Shown: positions 48,696 through 62,600 of the stretch, piece after piece
Position numbering within the stretch: the first letter of the stretch is position 1
Layout: every line of letters starts with the position of its first letter
Made by a program: the position numbers and the translations under genes
DNA from: Candidatus Latescibacterota bacterium
GTDB lineage: Bacteria; Latescibacterota; UBA2968
Direction of reading: 5' to 3'
Length of the DNA stretch: 64,000 nucleotides
Assembly (NCBI GenBank): GCA_965204745.1
Contig: OZ242010.1
Coordinates: 1,408,001-1,472,000 of the forward strand
The notes under the pieces: generated by a model
Database searches by the model: none
What the model was told of the DNA's origin: nothing
The model's input: the letters and a program-made list of their open reading frames with translations, nothing else

Positions 48696-49298
48696 TCACG
48701 CCTTTGCGCGTGCGAGAAAATCCCGCACCTTTTTGTGATCCTTTTTGCCCGGTTCGGCTTCTACACCGCTGCTCGTATCGACCGCATAAGGGGCCACTTG
48801 TTCAATCGCTTCTCGCACATTGTCCGGATTTAGCCCGCCGGAGAGGATGATGCGCCCATAATTTTTGGCTTCTCGCGCCTTTGCCCAATCAAATGTCTCG
48901 CCCGTGCCGCCGTAAGAACCTGCCCGCGCCGTATCCAACAAAAACGTGCGGACCGGATAAGATCGCAGGGCCAGCGCGTCAAACTCGTTGCCTACGCGCA
49001 ACGTACGAATCACGGGGACATCATGTCCCAAACACGCTTCCGGGGGTTCGTCGCCGTGCAACTGAATCGTGCGCAAGCCCGCCAATTTCACAGTGGCAGC
49101 GATGTGCGGCGCGTTGACAAACACGCCCACGGGCGTTACAAACGGGGGCAAATCGCAAATGATCTCCGCGGCTTTTTCCGGCGCGACATAGCGCGGGCTC
49201 TTTTCGTAAAAAATGAAGCCCAACGCATCTGCGCCGCACTTGACCGCGCACAGCGCGTCCTCGCGGCTTGTAATGCCACAAATTTTAGCATGCACCAT
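48696..49298 (-). CDS. trpF: Phosphoribosylanthranilate isomerase
   Basis: KICGIT, QLHGDE, GGTG.FDW and D.SSGVE motifs. Confidence 0.95.
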   Translation of the reverse strand: MVHAKICGITSREDALCAVKCGADALGFIFYEKSPRYVAPEKAAEIICDLPPFVTPVGVFVNAPHIAATVKLAGLRTIQLHGDEPPEACLGHDVPVIRTLRVGNEFDALALRSYPVRTFLLDTARAGSYGGTGETFDWAKAREAKNYGRIILSGGLNPDNVREAIEQVAPYAVDTSSGVEAEPGKKDHKKVRDFLARAKA

Positions 49299-50079
49299 AG
49301 CCCAATAGCTCCCGCAACTTGCCGCCTACATCTGAGGCGCGCATCAAACTTTCGCCCACCAACACCGCATCTGCGCCCGCGTCTTTGAGTGCTGCGACAT
49401 CTTCGCGCGTGTCAATACCGCTTTCGCTGATCTTCAGGATGCCCTTGGGGATATGTGGGATCAGCGCGTAAGTCGTGTCCAAAGACGTTTCAAAGGTCTT
49501 CAAATTCCGATTGTTGATCCCGATCATCTCCGCGCCCGCGTCGAGGGCGATAGTCAATTCCTCTCGGTCATGGACTTCCACCAGCGCGTCCAGGCCCAAG
49601 GCCCGACTCGTCGCCAAAAATGCGGCTAGTTCATCGGGCGTTAAAATCGCCACAATCAGCAGCACAGCCGACGCGCCCAAGGCCCGCGCTTCGCAAATCT
49701 GATAGGGGTCTATCGTGAAATCCTTTCGCAAAATGGGGCGATCCACAACGCTCGCAATGCGCGTCAAATCACCTGCGGACCCGCCAAAGAATTTCTCATC
49801 CGTCAACACGGACAGGGCGGCGGCCCCATTTTTTGTGTAAATTTTCGCAATGCCCACCGCGTCAAAATCCGCACGGATCACGCCCTTGGATGGCGACGCC
49901 TTTTTGACCTCGGCCATGATCGCGATATCGCCCGCATCCATCAGCCCATCAAAAAGCGATGGCACAGGCGGCGCGCTTTCCGCCAACCGCATCATCTCAT
50001 CCCGCGACGTCTGCGCCATGCACTCGGAGAGAAATCCGCGCTTGTAAGCCACGATTTTATCAAGAATTGTTTTTGCCAT
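49285..50079 (-). CDS. trpC: Indole-3-glycerol phosphate synthase
   Basis: AEVKKASPSKG, SVLTD, LRKDF, GINNRNL and SESGI motifs. Confidence 0.96.
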   Translation of the reverse strand: MAKTILDKIVAYKRGFLSECMAQTSRDEMMRLAESAPPVPSLFDGLMDAGDIAIMAEVKKASPSKGVIRADFDAVGIAKIYTKNGAAALSVLTDEKFFGGSAGDLTRIASVVDRPILRKDFTIDPYQICEARALGASAVLLIVAILTPDELAAFLATSRALGLDALVEVHDREELTIALDAGAEMIGINNRNLKTFETSLDTTYALIPHIPKGILKISESGIDTREDVAALKDAGADAVLVGESLMRASDVGGKLRELLGYGAC

Positions 50080-50126
50080 ATCGTCACGTCCGATCTACGG
50101 AACGGGATATATACCAATTTGATTTT

Positions 50127-50624
50127 TAGTTGTGGTAACATTTTATTTTTTGATGTTACGCACAGATTAGCAAGTGTTGCTTGCTCATTTAAGGCGTTTG
50201 GTCATACAACCTCGTTGGTTGCCTTTGATGCCTTCGGCGTCAAACGCTCAAATTATTCGCGTTTTCATACTTTTTTTCAAGAAAAAAAAGTAGCCAAAAA
50301 ATGCCGCTCTCAAACGCCGAGAGGCTTGCACAGCGCAAAGCACTTTTGTAACAGCACAATATGCGCCAGCCTGCAAGGTGGATTGCAAGATGGATGTAGG
50401 TTGCCAGACGGCCTTGCGCGCTGCGCGTGATGGCTTGATCGGAGGGTGTTTTGCGAGGGCACTTATTGGGATGCCTTCAATGAGCGTGGTAGCAAAAGGC
50501 GAGAAATCTGAAGGAGCGACTGTTCCAATTTCTCAAACCGAGAGCATATTCTGCGATAGGGCTTGATCTTCTCGATAAGCCGCCTCATTCCGTTGCATGG
50601 CTCGCAAATGTCAACACAACCTAG
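50127..50624 (-). mobile_element. MITE-like element, second full copy
   Basis: Both termini match 1241-1345 and 1566-1636 in reverse; same transposase relic IEKIKPYRRICSRFEKLE. Confidence 0.65.
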
Positions 50625-50656
50625 TCCCGACGACTTGCAACGTCGGGACATAACCG

Positions 50657-53600
50657 GTTTCAATCCGCTCCCCTCACTGATGTAAGGGGAGATTCGGCCC
50701 GCAAGGCGACCAAGGGCGACACGGACTAGTTTCAAGGGGAGATATGGCGTGCATGGAACATGATTGGGATACAGGGTATGTTTCAATCCGCTCCCCTCAC
50801 GGATGTAAGGGGAGATTTCCACCGACGATAGATTACAAATCGGCTTCCAAGTTTCAATCCGCTCCCCTCACGGATGTAAGGGGAGATTCCGCCTCCACAG
50901 CCGAAAGCCGCGATTGCGCGCTGTTTCAATCCGCTCCCCTCACGGATGTAAGGGGAGAATCTATCTCGCAGGAGGTGTTTGAGCGCATGTCCAGTTTCAA
51001 TCCGCTCCCCTCACGGATGTAAGGGGAGAGCGCGATCTCGATACCTACCGCCGCGCGGCACAACAGTTTCAATCCGCTCCCCTCACGGATGTAAGGGGAG
51101 ATTCGCTATCCTTGCGTCAATCTCCTCGTCCGTGCGTGTTTCAATCCGCTCCCCTCACTGATGTAAGGGGAGATTCTCAGTTTGAGATTGTGCCACAAAT
51201 CAATAAGGAGTTTCAATCCGCTCCCCTCACGGATGTAAGGGGAGATGATAGGTGCGCGTATCATGCCTACGTCAAATTTCGGGTTTCAATCCGCTCCCCT
51301 CACGGATGTAAGGGGAGATTGCTACAATGCTACAATGCCGTGTTACACAACATGGTTTCAATCCGCTCCCCTCACGGATGTAAGGGGAGATTTGACGGGT
51401 TGACCACCCACAGCGCGGCGAGAGCGGTTTCAATCCGCTCCCCTCACGGATGTAAGGGGAGATCTTTTCGCAACGCTTTGCGTGCCTCGTGCAACTCGTT
51501 TCAATCCGCTCCCCTCACGGATGTAAGGGGAGATGCCATGCGTATGCACGAAAGCACCAAATCATCGAGGTTTCAATCCGCTCCCCTCACGGATGTAAGG
51601 GGAGATCGAGCGGATTTGAACCGCTATCTGTGCCGTGCAAGGTTTCAATCCGCTCCCCTCACGGATGTAAGGGGAGATATCTATGGCCAGGATTGGATCA
51701 ATTTCATGATGGAAGTTTCAATCCGCTCCCCTCACGGATGTAAGGGGAGATTCACCAGCAGCCTTGAGACACAACGCAAACAACCGTTTCAATCCGCTCC
51801 CCTCACGGATGTAAGGGGAGATGCGGAATAAAGCCAGTGGTAGCCCGAAAACTGATCATCGGTTTCAATCCGCTCCCCTCACGGATGTAAGGGGAGATGA
51901 GGCCGAAATGCTGTCGCCAGCAACAACAGGTAGTTTCAATCCGCTCCCCTCACGGATGTAAGGGGAGATAACAGGGTTGCAGGTCGAGCGCGAGACCATA
52001 CATAGTTTCAATCCGCTCCCCTCACGGATGTAAGGGGAGATGAGGCCGAAATGCTGTCGCCAGCAACAACAGGAAGTTTCAATCCGCTCCCCTCACGGAT
52101 GTAAGGGGAGATATCATCGCCAGTAGCGAGAATACAGAGCGCGAACAGTTTCAATCCGCTCCCCTCACGGATGTAAGGGGAGATCACAGCTAACAGACAT
52201 AGGGCCAAAGTCCTCGCGAATGTTTCAATCCGCTCCCCTCACGGATGTAAGGGGAGATGCCTCCGCGATCACCTTCCGAGGTGTACGTCAATGTTTCAAT
52301 CCGCTCCCCTCACGGATGTAAGGGGAGATTTTATGGTCAGGATTGGATCAATTTTATGATGGAAGTTTCAATCCGCTCCCCTCACGGATGTAAGGGGAGA
52401 TTGGCTTTGGATACCCAACGCTTTTCTCAGCAGCAATGTTTCAATCCGCTCCCCTCACGGATGTAAGGGGAGATATCGCTCTCAGAGCAGTTAAAACGGT
52501 GCCCAAATAGTTTCAATCCGCTCCCCTCACGGATGTAAGGGGAGATAGATCGACGTTGAAAGACTGGACTATAGCTCCGGAGTTTCAATCCGCTCCCCTC
52601 ACGGATGTAAGGGGAGATGCTGTTCCCGCCGCTGGCGGTTTTCTGGCTGGCCTTGTTTCAATCCGCTCCCCTCACGGATGTAAGGGGAGATGTCAAAAGA
52701 CTCAACGAATGCACCATTGTCATCCGGGTTTCAATCCGCTCCCCTCACGGATGTAAGGGGAGATTTGATCCATGCAACGCAACAATCTTGATCCGACTGC
52801 CGTTTCAATCCGCTCCCCTCACGGATGTAAGGGGAGATTTAACTTGTGTTGAATGTTGCGGTAGCAGTATTTGTTTCAATCCGCTCCCCTCACGGATGTA
52901 AGGGGAGATTCATCCAGAGCGCGATAGACATACACCCCGACCTCTGTTTCAATCCGCTCCCCTCACGGATGTAAGGGGAGATGGGGCTGTTGCCAGCGGA
53001 CGACGGCGGCGGCTGTGTTTCAATCCGCTCCCCTCACGGATGTAAGGGGAGATGTGTTGTCCTCGGCCTTCTCCGAGGATGAGGCCAGGTTTCAATCCGC
53101 TCCCCTCACGGATGTAAGGGGAGATAACAATGATCAACAAGAAAGGAGCGGTTATTTGATGTTTCAATCCGCTCCCCTCACGGATGTAAGGGGAGATACA
53201 GATAAAACAGGCTCCCTGCTTCCTGAAAGGCTGTTTCAATCCGCTCCCCTCACGGATGTAAGGGGAGATGAGGATGACCTGCGAGAGATTCAGCGCATTA
53301 ATGAGGTTTCAATCCGCTCCCCTCACGGATGTAAGGGGAGATTTATGTGCAATATTGACGCCTTCCGCGTCATTCCAGTTTCAATCCGCTCCCCTCACGG
53401 ATGTAAGGGGAGATTCATTACGCGCTGAATTCCAAGTCCTACACCGTCGGTTTCAATCCGCTCCCCTCACGGATGTAAGGGGAGATCCAAACAGCCGCAT
53501 GAGGACGTCATCATAGTAGCGGTTTCAATCCGCTCCCCTCACGGATGTAAGGGGAGATACAAAGATAGAGATCATCGCCGCAATCATCTCCGCGGTTTCA

Positions 53601-56600
53601 ATCCGCTCCCCTCACGGATGTAAGGGGAGATTTGAGCGTGTTTGCTATGCTGTGTCCTCTGCCGCTGTTTCAATCCGCTCCCCTCACGGATGTAAGGGGA
53701 GATCCTGCCGATGCGTATGGTCGCGCTGGGTACGTATGTTTCAATCCGCTCCCCTCACGGATGTAAGGGGAGATTCGTATTTACAATGACATGGCTGCAA
53801 AGGTTAAAATGTTTCAATCCGCTCCCCTCACGGATGTAAGGGGAGATCTTTAAGTCCTATACGCAAGGAGGTGATTTCCCATGTTTCAATCCGCTCCCCT
53901 CACGGATGTAAGGGGAGATATGCACGATGATTCTTTCCAGCGTCTTATGGAAGGTTTCAATCCGCTCCCCTCACGGATGTAAGGGGAGATGCTATTGTCT
54001 TACTGAGCAGAAGAAACTTAGAACGTTTCAATCCGCTCCCCTCACGGATGTAAGGGGAGATCTGAGTATCCGCAACAAAGCCCTGCTCCTCTCCTATGTT
54101 TCAATCCGCTCCCCTCACGGATGTAAGGGGAGATCCGCCCCGATTTGTTGGTTGTCCAAATCGGAACGGGTTTCAATCCGCTCCCCTCACGGATGTAAGG
54201 GGAGATGCGGCTGGCTGTGCTATCATACGCAGAACAGCCGCGTTTCAATCCGCTCCCCTCACGGATGTAAGGGGAGATTCCTCGCGCGACAGGGTTCGCC
54301 CCTCGGCGGCCTGTTTCAATCCGCTCCCCTCACGGATGTAAGGGGAGATCTCCTCGCGCGACAGGGTTCGCCCCTCGGCGGCCTGTTTCAATCCGCTCCC
54401 CTCACGGATGTAAGGGGAGATAGAGTGTGATAAAAAGTTAATGGGCGTGGCGCAAGTTTCAATCCGCTCCCCTCACGGATGTAAGGGGAGATACAGTAGA
54501 TAACGGAGCAAACAGAAACTCATTCGCGTTTCAATCCGCTCCCCTCACGGATGTAAGGGGAGATCGCCTCTGTCGAAGAAGCGGTGGAGAAGTGGAAACG
54601 TTTCAATCCGCTCCCCTCACGGATGTAAGGGGAGATAATAATGCGATCCGATATAATCTGCGTAATGGCGATGTTTCAATCCGCTCCCCTCACGGATGTA
54701 AGGGGAGATTGCCAAACGCGCTTGGCAGTGACCGCAGAATGGTTGTTTCAATCCGCTCCCCTCACGGATGTAAGGGGAGATATGGCGCCATCGCCGAATC
54801 CGCCCTCGTCCGTCTGGTTTCAATCCGCTCCCCTCACGGATGTAAGGGGAGATCCCCCGCTGTCGGTGAAGTCGTCCCACTTTTTACTTGTTTCAATCCG
54901 CTCCCCTCACGGATGTAAGGGGAGATACTTCAATTTCAACGACTTGCGGATGTTTGGACAGGTTTCAATCCGCTCCCCTCACGGATGTAAGGGGAGATAC
55001 CCCAACCAAACATCTTTCTTGGAATAGAGACAATGTTTCAATCCGCTCCCCTCACGGATGTAAGGGGAGATTATTCGGCAAACTTGTCATCGCCAAACTT
55101 CGCGTGGTTTCAATCCGCTCCCCTCACGGATGTAAGGGGAGATGTCTGTGCCATATCTTTCCTCTCCTGTGTTAAACGTTTCAATCCGCTCCCCTCACGG
55201 ATGTAAGGGGAGATCGTGGGCGTTCTTCTGTATCCTCGCGATAGGCAAGTTTCAATCCGCTCCCCTCACGGATGTAAGGGGAGATTGCACTTCTGCGATG
55301 AGCATGGCCTGCAATACCTGTGTTTCAATCCGCTCCCCTCACGGATGTAAGGGGAGATGTCGTGCTCCCGTAAGAGCTGTCCATCTGCGCCAAGTGTTTC
55401 AATCCGCTCCCCTCACGGATGTAAGGGGAGATTTCGCATGCAGTCTCGTCAGCATGAGCATGAGCAGTTTCAATCCGCTCCCCTCACGGATGTAAGGGGA
55501 GATCCAAGCACAAACCTCGTCGTCCGCGCAAGAAACGTGTTTCAATCCGCTCCCCTCACGGATGTAAGGGGAGATGACAAAATCATCCGACGTCAAGTTG
55601 ATTCCCACACCAGTTTCAATCCGCTCCCCTCACGGATGTAAGGGGAGATTGACTCGATATCGCATGGTAATAGTTTGTATTCACAGTTTCAATCCGCTCC
55701 CCTCACGGATGTAAGGGGAGATGTTGTCAGATCGTCCGTGTCCCAAACAGGAGCGATGTTTCAATCCGCTCCCCTCACGGATGTAAGGGGAGATATATAG
55801 ACGATCTGCCGTTCACTACATTACGGCGGTGTTTCAATCCGCTCCCCTCACGGATGTAAGGGGAGATGATTGATCTATCCGCGCCGTGGCCGTCGCGGCC
55901 ACGTTTCAATCCGCTCCCCTCACGGATGTAAGGGGAGATCGGATTGCCAACGCTCCCGTCAAGATCGGTTTGTCAGTTTCAATCCGCTCCCCTCACGGAT
56001 GTAAGGGGAGATCAAAATCATCCGACGTCAAGTTGATTCCCACACCAGTTTCAATCCGCTCCCCTCACGGATGTAAGGGGAGATACAGACCGCCGCAATG
56101 CACCAGGCTCTACTCTCTGTTTCAATCCGCTCCCCTCACGGATGTAAGGGGAGATGTAATTTCTCATTTTGAGCGCGCAATCGCTTATTGTTTCAATCCG
56201 CTCCCCTCACGGATGTAAGGGGAGATCTCACACACGCGAGGCTTTTCTGCCAAAGGGGTTGCGTTTCAATCCGCTCCCCTCACGGATGTAAGGGGAGATC
56301 CCTCAAGCCACTCCGCGGAGCTCCTCATCTCGTTGTTTCAATCCGCTCCCCTCACGGATGTAAGGGGAGATGAACATCGGTGACTATTGACGGGCTGGCA
56401 GCGGAGTTTCAATCCGCTCCCCTCACGGATGTAAGGGGAGATCGGTGACTGACCCCAATGATGTGATATTCATCGCAGGTTTCAATCCGCTCCCCTCACG
56501 GATGTAAGGGGAGATTTTATACGCCTGCCTCCATTCCCGCGGATACCGACGGTTTCAATCCGCTCCCCTCACGGATGTAAGGGGAGATTTGTGAATACGA

Positions 56601-59600
56601 GTGCGACATGTCCAACACCCTTGTTGGTTTCAATCCGCTCCCCTCACGGATGTAAGGGGAGATTTGCCGCGGATGGCCTTTCTCGTGGAGAGTTCGAGTT
56701 TCAATCCGCTCCCCTCACGGATGTAAGGGGAGATGTATTCGCAAGTGTGCCGACGTTTCTCGCTCGATGTTTCAATCCGCTCCCCTCACGGATGTAAGGG
56801 GAGATTGCTCGGCGCGCTTCTTAAGGATGGTACGCACGCCGGTTTCAATCCGCTCCCCTCACGGATGTAAGGGGAGATCACGCGCGTAAAAGCGCTGTGC
56901 TTCGATTGATTCACGTTTCAATCCGCTCCCCTCACGGATGTAAGGGGAGATGCGTCACGCAGGGCACTATATCTCGTCCCTGGCGTGTTTCAATCCGCTC
57001 CCCTCACGGATGTAAGGGGAGATCGCGCACCTTGCCAATGTGCTGGTTGCCGAATCGTGTTTCAATCCGCTCCCCTCACGGATGTAAGGGGAGATTCGGC
57101 GGGATTGATGCGACAGATAGATATTTGGCCTGTGTTTCAATCCGCTCCCCTCACGGATGTAAGGGGAGATACCTTGAGCGTGAGCGCGTGGTCAGTTGAT
57201 ATTGGTTTCAATCCGCTCCCCTCACGGATGTAAGGGGAGATTCAACCTGGGCGAAGATGGCGACATCGCAGACAATGTTTCAATCCGCTCCCCTCACGGA
57301 TGTAAGGGGAGATTCAATCAGTCTGGCCGCTACTCCATGCGGTGGGGCGTTTCAATCCGCTCCCCTCACGGATGTAAGGGGAGATTTGACCGTGCGTGGG
57401 GCGATTTCGTCTCAACGTGATGTTTCAATCCGCTCCCCTCACGGATGTAAGGGGAGATCAGGGGGCGTATCCAGCAGATTGTAAGAGACTTTGATGTTTC
57501 AATCCGCTCCCCTCACGGATGTAAGGGGAGATTGCGATTGCCACGCTCAATCTTGCTCTTTCGCAAGTTTCAATCCGCTCCCCTCACGGATGTAAGGGGA
57601 GATCATTTTTGTCTTCTTCTTCAAAGCGGTAATACTTGTTTCAATCCGCTCCCCTCACGGATGTAAGGGGAGATCGCCGACCATTGAATTATGGCGGTTG
57701 CCCTCTACGTTTCAATCCGCTCCCCTCACGGATGTAAGGGGAGATTGTCTGCGCCTACTGGCCTTATCACCGCTTTGCAGTTTCAATCCGCTCCCCTCAC
57801 GGATGTAAGGGGAGATAGTAACACTAAAAATTGTGTATTGTTGCCATTCTTGTTTCAATCCGCTCCCCTCACGGATGTAAGGGGAGATAACAGTTGCAGA
57901 GGGTTCAAAGAGATAGAGTGTTGTTTCAATCCGCTCCCCTCACGGATGTAAGGGGAGATAAATATGACCAAAATATAACCTATTTGGGTTGGGTTGTTTC
58001 AATCCGCTCCCCTCACGGATGTAAGGGGAGATTGGCAACCAGTTGGGCAGCCGCGAAAGAACATTTTGTTTCAATCCGCTCCCCTCACGGATGTAAGGGG
58101 AGATAAATCTGACCAAAATATAACATATTCGGGTAAGGTTGTTTCAATCCGCTCCCCTCACGGATGTAAGGGGAGATATCCCTTCAAATACGCTCTCTGA
58201 CTACTGGCTCTATGTTTCAATCCGCTCCCCTCACGGATGTAAGGGGAGATTACGATGCCGATCTCGCCTGTTACAACTTCGGTGCTGTTTCAATCCGCTC
58301 CCCTCACGGATGTAAGGGGAGATAAGACGATCCATAATATTGCGGTAAGACATATTTTGTTTCAATCCGCTCCCCTCACGGATGTAAGGGGAGATTCTGG
58401 GATCTCGCGCCTTGCGCAATCAATTGATGCGAGTTTCAATCCGCTCCCCTCACGGATGTAAGGGGAGATCAAGAAAAGAGAGGGACGCGGGCATATCCAT
58501 CCAGTGTTTCAATCCGCTCCCCTCACGGATGTAAGGGGAGATTTCCTGTCGCTCATAGCGAAAGACCGGCGCGGGTGTGTTTCAATCCGCTCCCCTCACG
58601 GATGTAAGGGGAGATTTGGGGCCGCTTCCGAGAAGGACGCGGAAGGACGCGGTTTCAATCCGCTCCCCTCACGGATGTAAGGGGAGATGGCATGGCGGAC
58701 CGGCAGAGCGAGGATATGAAGTTGTTTCAATCCGCTCCCCTCACGGATGTAAGGGGAGATGTGCGTGCGAGCGGAAAACTCACACAAATGGGGACCGTTT
58801 CAATCCGCTCCCCTCACGGATGTAAGGGGAGATAGAAAAAAAAGGGGGGGGGGATGGATGAGGCAAGGTTTCAATCCGCTCCCCTCACGGATGTAAGGGG
58901 AGATAGCGCGAGATCGACGCCTTTGTCGAAGAGCAGATCCGTTTCAATCCGCTCCCCTCACGGATGTAAGGGGAGATACCGACCTCGCGCTTCAATGGAG
59001 CACACAGGGCAGTTTCAATCCGCTCCCCTCACGGATGTAAGGGGAGATCAACCGCGGGTTGCGAAACTTGCGCTCGCCCATGTTGTTTCAATCCGCTCCC
59101 CTCACGGATGTAAGGGGAGATACGCGCACAGCGCGCCGGACTTGCTCCTCGACAAAGTTTCAATCCGCTCCCCTCACGGATGTAAGGGGAGATCGAATTT
59201 TTCGCACACCCTCGGCAACACCAGCAGGATCGTTTCAATCCGCTCCCCTCACGGATGTAAGGGGAGATCGGCCGAGGCGTTTGTCGATGCGCTGATCGCA
59301 CATCATGTTTCAATCCGCTCCCCTCACGGATGTAAGGGGAGATGTGATCTCGCTTTGTGCTGCGAGCTTCGCCAGTTCAGTTTCAATCCGCTCCCCTCAC
59401 GGATGTAAGGGGAGATCGGGCGCACAGGGCATGCTCACCCAGCCAATATCATGTTTCAATCCGCTCCCCTCACGGATGTAAGGGGAGATTGCCAGAACCG
59501 CAGTTTCCGGTTTGTCGTTATTTATGGTTTCAATCCGCTCCCCTCACGGATGTAAGGGGAGATCGTCACTGCAAGTCGGCGACTTCAGAAAGGTCGGTGT

Positions 59601-62600
59601 TTCAATCCGCTCCCCTCACGGATGTAAGGGGAGATTAGAAATTCGCAACCACTTCTTTTTGCGTTACGGATGTTTCAATCCGCTCCCCTCACGGATGTAA
59701 GGGGAGATTTCGTGGGCGGCGTGTTCATCTCTCCAAACACCACGGTTTCAATCCGCTCCCCTCACGGATGTAAGGGGAGATCCACCGCGCGCTCGACAGG
59801 AGCGCGATGCGGCGGCGTTTCAATCCGCTCCCCTCACGGATGTAAGGGGAGATAAAATTCCACAGAATTTGCCGAGCCGCGCTTGTTGTTTCAATCCGCT
59901 CCCCTCACGGATGTAAGGGGAGATTGCGTCCGCACACAGCGTGCGGACGGCGGCCTGTTCGTTTCAATCCGCTCCCCTCACGGATGTAAGGGGAGATTTT
60001 TTCCCTGCTTGTCCACCCACTCAAGCGTCTCGAGGTTTCAATCCGCTCCCCTCACGGATGTAAGGGGAGATATTTCTTTCTCACACGACGAAAAACTTGC
60101 GATCCCGTTTCAATCCGCTCCCCTCACGGATGTAAGGGGAGATGGGATGGTTGGGCGGTGTGCCGCCTGCGGTCGAGGGGATGTTTCAATCCGCTCCCCT
60201 CACGGATGTAAGGGGAGATCCTGGTGCGAAAAATCGGGCGCACGACCGAGTATATGTTTCAATCCGCTCCCCTCACGGATGTAAGGGGAGATTCAGATCA
60301 GCGACCACATCGGAGAGGATTGTGTTGTTTCAATCCGCTCCCCTCACGGATGTAAGGGGAGATCCCAAACATGAAAATCAAGGAAATGCTGAACACAGAG
60401 TTTCAATCCGCTCCCCTCACGGATGTAAGGGGAGATTCGACGCCTGTCGCGTAGTGATAGCGCGCGATTCCGCGTTTCAATCCGCTCCCCTCACGGATGT
60501 AAGGGGAGATTTTTGTTATGGTGTCAAAAGCTTCGGTGAGTGTATCGTTTCAATCCGCTCCCCTCACGGATGTAAGGGGAGATCTGTGCCCAGCGCGGAT
60601 CGACTTGCGAAAAATAAGTTTCAATCCGCTCCCCTCACGGATGTAAGGGGAGATTTCTGTGGTCACGCTTCCCATCGCGTACGCGGCTAAAAAGTTTCAA
60701 TCCGCTCCCCTCACGGATGTAAGGGGAGATCCGCAATACCCCCGACGTTCTGATCGCATTGAGCAGTTTCAATCCGCTCCCCTCACGGATGTAAGGGGAG
60801 ATAAAAAGCCTTGATCTCCCTCGGCTTCGAAAAGCGCGTTTCAATCCGCTCCCCTCACGGATGTAAGGGGAGATCGAACGGGTTGAGCACACGAATAAAC
60901 CTCGGAATTTGTTTCAATCCGCTCCCCTCACGGATGTAAGGGGAGATTCTCAAAGAGTGCGAGCCCATCTCCTCGCGCACAATTTGTTTCAATCCGCTCC
61001 CCTCACGGATGTAAGGGGAGATGGGCGAGCCAACGGTTGTAGGTGGAAGGGTGGAGGGTTTCAATCCGCTCCCCTCACGGATGTAAGGGGAGATGAAAGA
61101 GGATGTCATCGCCCATGTGCCCCACCCCGAGGTTTCAATCCGCTCCCCTCACGGATGTAAGGGGAGATATACGCCTTGGTGCTGATCGAAACCTTTTTTT
61201 TCCAGGTTTCAATCCGCTCCCCTCACGGATGTAAGGGGAGATTTTTCCGCAGCGCACTCGCGCACTTGGTGCCCGCAGTTTCAATCCGCTCCCCTCACGG
61301 ATGTAAGGGGAGATTTGGTACCGAGCGTGGCGGTAATCGAAAAGTCCAAGTTTCAATCCGCTCCCCTCACGGATGTAAGGGGAGATCGCGCCTGTTGGGC
61401 CGCGGCATAGTCCAAGGGTGTGTTTCAATCCGCTCCCCTCACGGATGTAAGGGGAGATTTGAGCATTGCTAAAACTCTCTTTGCTTGCATCAGTTTTGTT
61501 TCAATCCGCTCCCCTCACGGATGTAAGGGGAGATCACGCCTAACCAGTCTAAATTGTTACCCCACAGGAACTGTTTCAATCCGCTCCCCTCACGGATGTA
61601 AGGGGAGATACAGAAACCCAAAAATAGGCAACCCACAACCCTTTAGGTTTCAATCCGCTCCCCTCACGGATGTAAGGGGAGATGACAGGCATAACCAAGG
61701 TATGGCTAACCTTGCTATGTTTCAATCCGCTCCCCTCACGGATGTAAGGGGAGATAACCCGTTTGGATAACTTCCCAAATGCACCAGACCGAGTTTCAAT
61801 CCGCTCCCCTCACGGATGTAAGGGGAGATAATTTCAGTATCCAAGTCCTGCTTGACGCCTTCCCGGTTTCAATCCGCTCCCCTCACGGATGTAAGGGGAG
61901 ATTCAAATCCCTCTTGGACTTGCAAGCCCCAAGAATTGTTTCAATCCGCTCCCCTCACGGATGTAAGGGGAGATATGGTCAGCGTTATCAATTTTGATTT
62001 CAACGCTTTCCATGTTTCAATCCGCTCCCCTCACGGATGTAAGGGGAGATCTGCGATTCTGGCACCGTGCATACAGCTAGATTTCCTGTTTCAATCCGCT
62101 CCCCTCACGGATGTAAGGGGAGATTCGACCATGTCATCCCGCAGTCGCGGGGTGGGGACGTTTCAATCCGCTCCCCTCACGGATGTAAGGGGAGATAGCA
62201 GACGGGGTGATTTCCGGCCACTTTAATGATCGGTTTCAATCCGCTCCCCTCACGGATGTAAGGGGAGATGGTTTGACCTTCGAGTTTTTTGAACTCTTCG
62301 CGCAGTTTCAATCCGCTCCCCTCACGGATGTAAGGGGAGATACGAAGACGAAAATGGTTGGGTCGACGACAACGACGTTTCAATCCGCTCCCCTCACGGA
62401 TGTAAGGGGAGATGCCCGGGCGACCATCACAGCGCGAAGTGTGACATGTTTCAATCCGCTCCCCTCACGGATGTAAGGGGAGATTCACGGTTTCCAACTT
62501 GGCTCGCTGACCAACATAGGTTTCAATCCGCTCCCCTCACGGATGTAAGGGGAGATTTGGGCGCGTGAACTCAACGCTTGCAAAAAAATTGTGTTTCAAT

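Noticed and set aside
50100-50656. AT-rich region as CRISPR leader or tracrRNA
   Set aside because: Explained by the MITE copy; adjacent repeats are the degenerate ones; no anti-repeat seen
53054-53088. Spacer with GATGAGGCC as a second hammerhead
   Set aside because: Lacks CUGA and the stem II-GAAA arrangement
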